Assembly (NCBI GenBank): GCA_027310365.1
Contig: DAIDAY010000002.1
Location: 1-63,842 of the forward strand
Length of the DNA: 63,842 nt
Source: a bacterium
GTDB taxonomy: Bacteria; Patescibacteriota; Minisyncoccia; UBA6257; GWB1-50-10
Reading direction: 5' to 3'
Shown here in pieces: positions 9,567 through 18,800 of this stretch. A program made the translations under genes and the position numbers. A model generated the notes under the pieces. It did not search any database. It had not been told where the DNA came from and was given only the letters and a program-made list of their open reading frames with translations. The stretch's first letter is position 1. Every line of letters begins with the position of its first letter.

Positions 9567-10591
9567 ATCAATCGTCGCAAAAGTTGGAAGTAAGTTGGAC
9601 GGCGCTCTGGCGTATCTTCATTTTTGTTGGATTCGCCCTTCTCCTCTATTTCGCCCGTGCGGCCTTTGCGGTGCTTCTGATCGGCATTGTGCTTTCTTTG
9701 GGTATCGAACCGATCATCGCATTCTTGAGTGAAAAGCTGAAAATAGGAAGAGTGATGGCCACGGCAACCGTCTTCATAGTGGGCATTCTCACCCTTGCTC
9801 TCGTCGCATATATCGCCTTGCCGATCTTGATCGGCGAATTTGCAGGATTTCTCGCCAAGTTGAATCAGATCCTGCCGTCTTTGCCGGCAAGCCTGACCTC
9901 GATGTCCATCACGAGCGTCCAGTCGGGCATCAGTAAGGTCTCCGGATTTCTTGCGTCCATCAACTTGTCGTTCTCGGCAACCTTTCTTGCGATCTTGCAA
10001 AACATCGTTTTCATTTTTTCGACCATCATCGTCACGCTCTACCTTTCCATGGAGAAAAATGGAGCCGACCGGATGCTTCAAATCATCTTGCCCGAGAAAT
10101 ACGAGAAGGATGTCGTATCGATCTTCAGGGGTTTTGAAAAGAAAATGCGGCGATGGTTAGCTACCCAATTCGCCTTGAGCTTATTCGTCGGCGTCATGGT
10201 TTTCCTCGGCATGTTCTTGATCGGCGTGAAGTATCCCGCGATTCTGGGACTCTTAGCTGCCATTCTTGAAATCGTCCCCATCATCGGGCCGGTCATTACG
10301 GGCGCGCTTGCCTTTGTTGTCGCGGCGGGCGATTCCGTGGCGCTTGCGATTTACGCCGTGATTTTCTTCGTTTTGATACAGCAGCTCGAGAACCACGTTT
10401 TGGTTCCGCTCCTCATGGGAAAGAGCATGAAGGTACATCCGGTGGTGGTTCTCGTGTCAATCCTCGCGGGAAGCGAAGTCGCTGGCTTTACCGGCATCAT
10501 CCTTTCCGTCCCCATCGCGGTTCTCGTCCAGGAGATATTCAACTATCTTGCCGAGAAGCGATCCAAGAAACTGGAGCTGAGTATTGAGTAA
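9563..10591 (+). CDS. AI-2E family transporter
   Basis: Multi-TM; IVPIIGP, QQLENH...P, VHP, G.ILSVP. Confidence 0.9.
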   Translation: MNQSSQKLEVSWTALWRIFIFVGFALLLYFARAAFAVLLIGIVLSLGIEPIIAFLSEKLKIGRVMATATVFIVGILTLALVAYIALPILIGEFAGFLAKLNQILPSLPASLTSMSITSVQSGISKVSGFLASINLSFSATFLAILQNIVFIFSTIIVTLYLSMEKNGADRMLQIILPEKYEKDVVSIFRGFEKKMRRWLATQFALSLFVGVMVFLGMFLIGVKYPAILGLLAAILEIVPIIGPVITGALAFVVAAGDSVALAIYAVIFFVLIQQLENHVLVPLLMGKSMKVHPVVVLVSILAGSEVAGFTGIILSVPIAVLVQEIFNYLAEKRSKKLELSIE

Positions 10592-12060
10592 TGGAAAGGT
10601 TCTATCTGACAACAGCCATACCCTACGTGAACGCGCGGCCCCATGTGGGCCATGCGCTGGAATTTGTCGAGGCGGACGTTATCGCCCGCCATGAACGCTC
10701 GCGGAAGAAAGACGTTTATTTTTTGTCGGGGACCGACGAAAACGCCATCAAAAATCTCCAGGCGGCGGAGAAAGAGGGAATAAGCGTCGAAAAATTTGTT
10801 GCCCAAAACTCCGGTGCGTTCGAAGAGCTCCTCAAGGCGCTCAATGTGTCACATGATCAGTTCATCAGGACGACGGATAAAAAACACAAAGCGGGAGCGC
10901 AGGCATTGTGGCGCGCGACGGCAAAGGAGGATTTATACAAGAAGACGTACCGGGGATTATACTGCATCGGGTGCGAGCAATTTTATGAATCCGACGAATT
11001 GAATGAGAGGGGAGAATGTTCCGAACATCCCGGCAAGAAACTTGAAACCGTCGAAGAAGAAAATTATTTTTTCAAATTATCCCGCTACGAAGGATGGCTC
11101 CGCGAACTTATCGAGAGCGATCGCCTGAAGATCGTCCCCGAGGTTCGCAAGAACGAAATCTTGGCGTTTATCAAAAAAGGATTGAAAGATTTTTCCGTCT
11201 CGCGCCCGATTCAGCGGACGCACGGATGGGGGGTATCGGTTCCCGACGAGCCGCACCAGACGATGTACGTGTGGTACGACGCCTTGGCAAATTACATCAC
11301 GGCCTTGGGATATCCCGACGCCGGCGCTGAACTGTTCAAGAAATACTGGGCAAAAAGCGACGTTCGTCTCCACGTCATCGGGAAAGGAATCAGCCGCTTC
11401 CATACAGTCTATTGGCCCGCAATGCTCAAGAGTGCCGGGCTGCCCATCCCCACGGTGGAGTTTGTGCACGGATACGTGACGACGGATGGACAAAAAATCA
11501 GCAAAACGCTCGGGAACGTCATCGATCCCTCGGAGATCATCAAAAAATACGGAGCCGATCCGCTGCGCTATTATCTGCTCCGCGAAATCCCTGCGTACAC
11601 CGACGGCGACTTCACGTTCCGGAGACTGGAAGAGCGGTACAACGCGGACCTGGCGAACGGCTTAGGAAACTTTGCGGCGAGAGTTCTCGCTTTGGGAGAG
11701 CAGGTGGGGGATATGGCCGTTGCACGCGTAGAGAGGGAAGTGGACGAGAAGATCAAGGAAGAAAAAGAGATTTTGAAAAATAAGCTTGAAGAGTTCAAAT
11801 TTCATGAGTCGATCGGGGCGATCTGGGATCTTATCAAATGCGGCGATGAGATGGTGAACGACAAAAAGCCGTGGGCGATAGAGGGCCGGGAAGAAAAGGC
11901 GGCAGCAGTCTTCAATCTTGTCGCTATCTTGGACAATGTTGCGGTGATGCTGAATCCTTTCCTTCCGGAGACAGCGGCAAAAATAACCGAGAGCATTCAG
12001 TGGAGTGGCGATACGGTGAGGGTGAGGAAAGGCGGCCTCTTATTCCCCCGCTTGAAATAA
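10591..12060 (+). CDS. metG: Methionine--tRNA ligase (short form)
   Basis: TTAIPYVN..PHVGH, GTDE, YVWYDAL.NY, KISKT. Confidence 0.96.
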   Translation: MERFYLTTAIPYVNARPHVGHALEFVEADVIARHERSRKKDVYFLSGTDENAIKNLQAAEKEGISVEKFVAQNSGAFEELLKALNVSHDQFIRTTDKKHKAGAQALWRATAKEDLYKKTYRGLYCIGCEQFYESDELNERGECSEHPGKKLETVEEENYFFKLSRYEGWLRELIESDRLKIVPEVRKNEILAFIKKGLKDFSVSRPIQRTHGWGVSVPDEPHQTMYVWYDALANYITALGYPDAGAELFKKYWAKSDVRLHVIGKGISRFHTVYWPAMLKSAGLPIPTVEFVHGYVTTDGQKISKTLGNVIDPSEIIKKYGADPLRYYLLREIPAYTDGDFTFRRLEERYNADLANGLGNFAARVLALGEQVGDMAVARVEREVDEKIKEEKEILKNKLEEFKFHESIGAIWDLIKCGDEMVNDKKPWAIEGREEKAAAVFNLVAILDNVAVMLNPFLPETAAKITESIQWSGDTVRVRKGGLLFPRLK

Positions 12061-12070
12061 TAAGAAAACC

Positions 12071-12943
12071 ATGACGCTTAAATTTTTTGATGCACATGCG
12101 CACGCGCACTTCGCGGCGTTCAAAGACGACTATCGCGAGACGATCCGGCGGGCGCTTGCGGCAGGCGTCGGGTTGATCAATGTCGGCACCCAAAAAAATA
12201 CTTCATGCCGCGCCGTCGAGGTCGCGCACGAGTTTGAGCGCAATCCGGTGTATGCGGCGATCGGATTGCATCCGATCCACACGGCGAAGTCGCATCACGA
12301 TGAGAATGAACTCGGCGGAGGCGAAGCGGCAAAGGCATTTACCAGCCGCGGTGAAGAGTTTGATTATGCATATTACAAAAAGCTGGCGCTTGATCTGAAG
12401 ACGGTCGCGATAGGAGAATGCGGCTTGGATTATTTTCACATCGAGGGAGATATTGAAGTGATGAAGAGGAAGCAAAGGGAGGCATTCCTGGAACAAATGA
12501 AGCTGTCGGGAGAGGTGAAAAAGCCGCTCATGATCCACTGCCGCGATGCGTTTAGCGATTTGATTGATGTACTAAGCGCTAACTACGAAACACTCAATAC
12601 CGGCAATCTGGGCGTGGTCCACTTTTTCACCGGCACTAAGGATGATGCGAAGAAACTCCTGGATCTTGGTTTTGGCTTTACCTTCGGCGGCACGGTTACC
12701 TACCCGCCGAAAGCCGGCATATCGGACTATAAAACCCTCGTCGAGTATTTACCTCTCGACCGAATTCTCTCGGAGACCGATGCGCCGTACGTCGCACCCA
12801 TCCCGTATCGCGGAAAGCGGAATGAGCCGGCGTACGTCGTGGAAACGGTAAAGAAGCTTGCCGAGATCAAGGGAATTTCCGTCGAAAAGATGGCGACGCA
12901 AACCGTCGAGAATGCCGAGAGGATTTTCGGAATCTCGCACTAA
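12071..12943 (+). CDS. tatD: TatD family DNase
   Basis: DAHAH, GLHP, IGECGLDY, IHCR, HFF, ETDAPY, RNEP. Confidence 0.96.
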   Translation: MTLKFFDAHAHAHFAAFKDDYRETIRRALAAGVGLINVGTQKNTSCRAVEVAHEFERNPVYAAIGLHPIHTAKSHHDENELGGGEAAKAFTSRGEEFDYAYYKKLALDLKTVAIGECGLDYFHIEGDIEVMKRKQREAFLEQMKLSGEVKKPLMIHCRDAFSDLIDVLSANYETLNTGNLGVVHFFTGTKDDAKKLLDLGFGFTFGGTVTYPPKAGISDYKTLVEYLPLDRILSETDAPYVAPIPYRGKRNEPAYVVETVKKLAEIKGISVEKMATQTVENAERIFGISH

Positions 12944-12976
12944 GTTATTTAGTCATGGCCTTTTAACTTCGTGTAG

Positions 12977-13060
12977 AAAAAACAAAAATCCCGCGGCGAA
13001 TCCATACCTGTCGCGGGAGATTGAAAACAAAAAATGAGCCAGTTTAAAGACGTGGCTCGG
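12977..13060 (-). terminator. Two tandem intrinsic terminators closing the minus-strand operon
   Basis: Minus strand reads GAGCCA-11-TGGCTC plus T-tract, then TCCCGCGAC...GCCGCGGGA plus TTTTTGTTTTTT. Confidence 0.7.
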
Positions 13061-13071
13061 GTCTGTTACTA

Positions 13072-14280
13072 TTATTTCCAGAAGAAATCTAAGATTTTCT
13101 TCTGGACATCCTCGGAGGGCGAGATAAATCCAGCAAAGCCGGATTCACTTCCGCCACCTACCCAATCACGAGGGTTACCAAGACCCGCATCATGAATCAG
13201 TTTGTTGATTTCATGATGCCGCGGGCCGAAATAAATCCACTTGTCCGGCGCAGCAACAATAAGCTCATCATAGGTGCCGAACATACGGTCGGTGTAGCAG
13301 GAAGTGTGTTTTTTGCATCGTACGATGCACTTCCTCCCGCGCCACTCCGCCGCTTGGATATCTCTGACCGCTTGGGCTTCCTCGTCGGGCGTTATGCCTT
13401 GAGCGCAGCGATCGGAGATGCGTATCGTTTCGATTTCCCCTTTCGTCGCGCCGGCTTTTTGAAGACCCGGTATCCACCACTTGTCGTTTACCGCGACAAG
13501 TTGCTGATACCGATTGAGTGGCACACCGAGTTCTTCAGCAACCTGCTCAATCGAAGATTTTTCACTCGAACGATCATCATCACTGTAAAAGTGATGATCG
13601 ATTGTCCTGCCACCCCAGCGGGCAGTGCCAGCAAGCTCCACCCCAACCACCTCGGTGTCGGGGTTTTGTGCAAGAACTTTCTCGACCCATTGCACAACCG
13701 GATTTTCCAGTTTCTCCCAGCTTGCTCCCCACGGCTGGGATGAGACAATCACGGTCTCACCGACGTCGTGAAGCAAGTTTATGATTTCGACCGCTTCAAG
13801 GTCGTTCCGGGGAACAACCCAAATTTTTTTCATTTCCTTTCCTTCCTTCGCGGAACCAGTAAACTGCATCTCGCCGTTTTCTTCCCAGGCGACACAATCT
13901 TGGTTCGCAAAAATTTTAATGTTGTAAGTAAGCTCCCTCATTCTATCGAGATCGCCGCATTTTCCTCGTGCAATCCAGATAGTTTCGGTTTGAACATCAC
14001 CCGTCGTCGAGAGTACCCACATCCCGCTTGCACATACAAGGTCAAGTAATCCGATTTTTGCAGCTTGTTGCTTAAAGAACTCAACAATTGCCACATCAAC
14101 CGGTTCGCCCGTTTTTTGAAGCGTTGGAATGTAGAGAGCGTCTCGACTATCATTTAATGCACGCCCAAACCTTTCTTGAGTTGGACCGCTTATTTGCGTC
14201 CACCAACCCATATCCGGCTCGAATGTGCATCCTCCTGTTTCCCGAACGGAAACAAAAGGATCAAAAACTAATCTCTTCAA
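13072..14280 (-). CDS. Fusion of a SAM/SAM-AMP-lyase-like N-domain and an NrN-like DHH phosphodiesterase C-domain
   Basis: N-domain: YIPT...SGMW...G.VQTE...IK..ANQDCVA.E.NG.M.F. C-domain: DLE..I..LL, WGA, GVEL, IDHH, SSIEQVA, QLVAVND..IP, IR..DR.AQG. SD AAAGGAG precedes the TTG start. Confidence 0.65.
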   Translation of the reverse strand: MKRLVFDPFVSVRETGGCTFEPDMGWWTQISGPTQERFGRALNDSRDALYIPTLQKTGEPVDVAIVEFFKQQAAKIGLLDLVCASGMWVLSTTGDVQTETIWIARGKCGDLDRMRELTYNIKIFANQDCVAWEENGEMQFTGSAKEGKEMKKIWVVPRNDLEAVEIINLLHDVGETVIVSSQPWGASWEKLENPVVQWVEKVLAQNPDTEVVGVELAGTARWGGRTIDHHFYSDDDRSSEKSSIEQVAEELGVPLNRYQQLVAVNDKWWIPGLQKAGATKGEIETIRISDRCAQGITPDEEAQAVRDIQAAEWRGRKCIVRCKKHTSCYTDRMFGTYDELIVAAPDKWIYFGPRHHEINKLIHDAGLGNPRDWVGGGSESGFAGFISPSEDVQKKILDFFWK

Positions 14281-14337
14281 TATTATTTTCTCCTTTTAAT
14301 TTGTGAGGTATGGCTTTTAGACCACACCTCGTTTTCG

Positions 14338-14775
14338 TCAATTTCCGGTTGGGGTTCCTTGACCCTCCGCTTGGAGGATCCAAACCTCCTCGCGATACCT
14401 GACGTACACGCGAGTTTGGCCCATTTTCTCACCAAGGTGGGAGGCGAGGTCATTTAACATTCCCTCGACCTCTTCGTTGGCGAGATGACTTCCGTAGAGA
14501 GGTGTAACCTCTCCTTGGAAGACAGCGTTCGGTTCGCTGCCACCGCCGGCCTTCCCATCGCCTTCCGGCCAGGCATAAACTACTTCGCCTGGCGTGAAAG
14601 TACCGGTGATGAAAGATTTCCCTAACGCGGCCCTCTCCATCATCCAGGACTTCGCCGCTTCGACCACCTCTATTAGGGTATGTTTCTTAGCGGAGTCACC
14701 GTACCCTTCCTGGGTGCCGACGGTGATGGCGAACGCGCGACGCTCGCCGCGAGAATTCTCAACAATTTTATACAT
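14338..14775 (-). CDS. Small protein with possible SAM-lyase/PII-like fold
   Basis: ATG at 14775 with SD GGGGAGG. F.ITVG...G..T.G..VY...EP...LA..L...GQ.RVYV follows the Y...E...Q..V pattern of SAM lyases. Confidence 0.45.
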   Translation of the reverse strand: MYKIVENSRGERRAFAITVGTQEGYGDSAKKHTLIEVVEAAKSWMMERAALGKSFITGTFTPGEVVYAWPEGDGKAGGGSEPNAVFQGEVTPLYGSHLANEEVEGMLNDLASHLGEKMGQTRVYVRYREEVWILQAEGQGTPTGN

Positions 14776-14824
14776 ATTTTCCTCCCCAATATTTAACGTC
14801 GTTGGGACCGACTTTAATTGAAGA

Positions 14825-14937
14825 AAAAAGTTTAACATAAAGCCGAAACCTCAAGGATGTTTCAGCGCCTGCCCAGGTAGTGACCTGTTCCGCAAGCATG
14901 CCCGCTAGGGCGTAGGGAGGTTTCTTGTTTATTTTCT
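14825..14937 (-). promoter_or_regulatory. Structured 5' leader, candidate riboswitch/attenuator
   Basis: Two internal stem-loops plus mutually exclusive terminator and antiterminator pairings (see findings). Confidence 0.45.
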
Positions 14938-14943
14938 GGGTAA

Positions 14944-14972
14944 ATTATGACATATATCAAGTCAAAAGTCAA
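14944..14972 (-). promoter_or_regulatory. sigma70 promoter of the lyase/NrN operon
   Basis: TTGACT-17 bp-CATAAT. Confidence 0.75.
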
Positions 14973-15010
14973 TATACAAATATCCTCATCGATACTGCAT
15001 AATACGCTCT

Positions 15011-15682
15011 ATGCAAGCAGTCATACTGGCGGCGGGACTTGGCACGAGGATGAAAGATCTCACGGCAAGTACCCCAAAGCCGCTTTTGAAGATCGGCGAA
15101 AAAACGCTCCTCGAGTACAAACTGGAAAACCTCCCCGGTGAAATCAATGAGGTTATTTTGGTTGTGGGTTACCTCGGGGATCAAATCAAAGCGACGTTCG
15201 GCGAACGGCACCTCGGGAAGAAAATAACATACGTGGAACAGAAAGAACTGAAGGGTACCGGTCACGCTCTTTCTCTCTGCAAGCCTTTTCTCAGGGGAAG
15301 GTTTCTTATTTTGATGGGAGATGACCTTTACGCAAAAGAAGATTTGCAAAAGCTGATAAGCTATCCGCTGTCGGTTTTGGGATGCGAACTTCCGGAAGAT
15401 ATCCTCGGCGGGAAGCGGGCGGAAATAAAAGTGGATAGAGAAGGAAATATGATCGCAATAGACGAACGGGCGGAGGCAAAAAGGGGAATGCTCGAGAATG
15501 CAGCGGCATACGTCCTCGACGAAAGCTACTTCGACTACCCGCTCCAACTGGCCGACCCGACGTCGAGAGAATTCGGCTTGCCGCAGACGATGGCCCAGAT
15601 GGTTGAAGATGGTAAAGCGGTAAGGGTGGTGAGGGCGACATGGTGGAAGAAGATTGCTTGTCCGGAAGATTTGAGGTTTTAA
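15011..15682 (+). CDS. Sugar-phosphate nucleotidyltransferase family protein
   Basis: AVILAAGLGTRM..LT...PKPLL, EQ.E..GTGHAL, GDD. Confidence 0.9.
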   Translation: MQAVILAAGLGTRMKDLTASTPKPLLKIGEKTLLEYKLENLPGEINEVILVVGYLGDQIKATFGERHLGKKITYVEQKELKGTGHALSLCKPFLRGRFLILMGDDLYAKEDLQKLISYPLSVLGCELPEDILGGKRAEIKVDREGNMIAIDERAEAKRGMLENAAAYVLDESYFDYPLQLADPTSREFGLPQTMAQMVEDGKAVRVVRATWWKKIACPEDLRF

Positions 15683-15684
15683 TC

Positions 15685-15821
15685 GAGGAGAGAATCATTT
15701 TCTCGGAACCGGGCGTTCGCTTGCTCCAGCGGCAAGCGCCACCCTGCGCTCTCGGCGCGTGACCCCCTGGAGACCAAGCTCACTCGCCTCCGAGGGCTTT
15801 CTCAAAAACAATTCTCTCCTC
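15685..15821. repeat. Intergenic element bounded by 11-bp inverted repeats
   Basis: GAGGAGAGAAT ... ATTCTCTCCTC with internal hairpin CGCTTGC...GCAAGCG. Confidence 0.55.
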
Positions 15822-15892
15822 TCCTTTCTTTTTATTGGAATGAGCGAAGTAACCTTCAAAAAGAGGGTTTTTTTGGTTAGAATGAATCCATC

Positions 15893-18800
15893 ATGAAGAA
15901 GTATAATTTCAGCCGAATCGAGAAAAAGTGGCAGGCGAAGTGGCTGAAAGACAAGACGTACGAACCGAATATCGAAAAGCCCCGGAAGAAGGGGAAATTC
16001 TATAACCTTATGATGTTTCCGTACCCTTCGGCGGAAGGATTGCATGTCGGGAACATGTATGCCTTCACGGGGAGCGACATCTACGGCCGCTTCAAACGGA
16101 TGGAGGGGTACGACGTGCTCGAGCCGATCGGCTTGGACGGCTTCGGCATCCATTCGGAAAATTACGCACTGAAGGTAGGTACCCATCCGGTGAAACAATC
16201 GAAAGTTTCCGAGAAAAGGTTTTATCAGCAGCTCCGGATGATCGGGAATGGTTTTGCGTGGCAAGAACATGTTGAGACGTACGATCCCGAGTATTACCGC
16301 TGGACGCAATGGCTTTTCGTCCAGATGTGGAGGCACGGATTGGCGTACCGTAAGAAGCAGTCGGTGAACTGGTGCCCGAAGGATAAGACGGTCTTGGCCG
16401 ACGAGCAAGTCATCGCGGGAAAGTGCGAACGATGCGGCGCAGTCGTTGAAAAGAGGGAATTGGAGCAGTGGTTTTTTAAGATAACCGAATACGCCGGCAG
16501 GCTTTTGAAAAACTTGGATGCCATCGACTGGGCCGAAAAGGTGAAAATCGCCCAGCGGAATTGGATAGGGAAGTCCGAAGGTGCTCTTCTGAGATTTCGA
16601 CTGACGTCCGACGTCCCAAGTGTTGGCGTTAATATTAAGGACGTCGGACGTCCTTATCTTGAAGTTTTCACGACGCGGCCGGACACACTCTTTGGCGCGA
16701 CGTATGTGGTGCTGTCGCCTGAACACGAACTTGTTGAAAAGCTCAAAGATCGCATCTCAAATTTCAAAGAGGTTGCGGCGTATGCGAAGAAAGCGGCTGG
16801 TAAGTCGGACGAAGAACGGATTGCGGGGGGAAAAGACTTATCTTCGCATAAAGCTTCGGCGGAGCGCGGGAAAACCGGTGTTGAACTCAAGGGAATCAAA
16901 GCAATCAATCCGGCGAACGACGAAGAAATTCCCGTGTGGGTCGCTGATTACGTATTGGGCAGCTATGGCACGGGTGCGATTATGGCGGTGCCGGCCCACG
17001 ACGAGCGGGATTTTGAATTTGCGAAGAAGTTCGGCTTGCCGATCCGCCAGGTCATCGCTCTCGAGACCGGCATTCCCCGGCCCAGCGAAGAGCGTCGAGA
17101 TGGGGGATGTGGCGTCGTCTTCGACCCCCGGACTCAAAAATATGCCGTAGCCGTGCATCCCGACGGCATCGTGCGGCTCTTCGGCGGCGGATTTAATGAC
17201 GGGGAAGACGGAAGAGAAGGGACGCTTCACGAGATAGCGGAGGAAAGCGGCCTTTACGATTTCAGTCATGTGGAGGAAATCGGAACATGCTTCGCCCATT
17301 ACCGCAACCGCCGCAAGCAAGTATATCGATCGGGGTTGACGAAATGTTTTCTCGTCATTCTGCGGAGCGACAAAGTAAAAGAACGCCATCCTGAACCGCA
17401 CGAAGTAAACCTCCACCTTGAGTGGATGCCGGCGGCGGAGATTGTTAAAAATTGGAAAGGATACAACCAAGAACGCGACCTTGATCACTGGCTCGCTTTT
17501 CTTCGCGAGGGCGTAGCTCGTGCTATCGAACTTGGGTATGACACAACGAGCAATCCGGCTCATTTTCCTTCCGAGGCGCTTCTCGGTGTGGGCAAGGTTG
17601 TCAATTCGGGAAAATTCGACGGCGTAGATTCCGAAGAAGCGAAATGGGAAATCACGAAATTCGTGCATGGTGAAAAGAAAACGCAGTTCCATTTGCGCGA
17701 TTGGCTGATCTCACGCCAACGCTACTGGGGTCCGCCGATTCCGATGATCCGCTGCGAGGTGTGCGCCGCGGCAGGGAAGGGGGAAAACAAAGAAATGCCC
17801 GGCTGGTATGCCGTGCCTGAAAAGGATTTGCCGGTGAAACTTCCCATGGTCAAAGATTTCCGGCCGGAAGGGAAAGGAGAATCGCCGCTCGCTTCAGTGA
17901 AAACGTTTTACGAGGTGAAATGCCCTGCTTGCGGATCGAAAGCACAGCGCGAGACGGACGTTTCGGACACCTTTCTGGATTCTTCGTGGTACTATATCGG
18001 CTACCTCATGAAATGTAATAATGGAAAATTGAAAATTGGAGATTCCGCATTCGCGGAGCGAATGCGAGTTTGGTTGCCGGTCGACATGTACATCGGCGGC
18101 GCCGAGCATTCGGTTTTGCATCTGCTCTATTCCCGGTTCGTTTCGATGGCGCTCCATGACTGGGGGTTGGTTGATTTTGAAGAACCCTTCACGACATTCC
18201 GCGCTCATGGTCTCGTTATTAAGGAGGGTGCGAAGATGTCTAAGTCGAAAGGAAACGTGGTGAATCCCGACGAGTACATCAAGAAATTCGGGGCCGACGC
18301 GCTCCGGATGTATCTCATGTTCATGGCGCCTTTGGAGCAAGGCGGCGATTTCCGCGACAGCGGGATTTTGGGGATCACGCGTTTTCTCGATCGCGTGTGG
18401 AAGATAACTCAACGGGTGCTCGATCCGAAAAAGTCCGTGCATTCCGCTCCGGCGTTCGCCGACACGCATCATGTGCCCGATGGTTTCAAACGGATTCTCC
18501 ACAAGACGATAAAGAAAGTGACGGAAGACATCGAGAGCCTCCAATACAACACGGCGATCAGTGCCCTCATGATCCTTTTGAACGAAGCCGAGAAACAGGA
18601 AAAGGCGACCGGTTTGCCGCGTTATTTCTTCGAAGATTTTCTGAAACTGCTTGCGCCTTTCGCTCCGCACATAATGGAAGAATTGTGGCGCGAACTCGGA
18701 AACAAAAGTTCGATTCACCTTGAATCGTTGCCGGCGTATGAAGAAAAAATGCTGAAAGAAAATGCCGTCGAGGTAATCGTGCAGGTGAACGGCAAACGGC

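Noticed and set aside
14825..14937. Assignment to a known SAM, SAH or ZTP riboswitch class
   Set aside because: Core consensus nucleotides were not found by eye; kept only as a novel candidate
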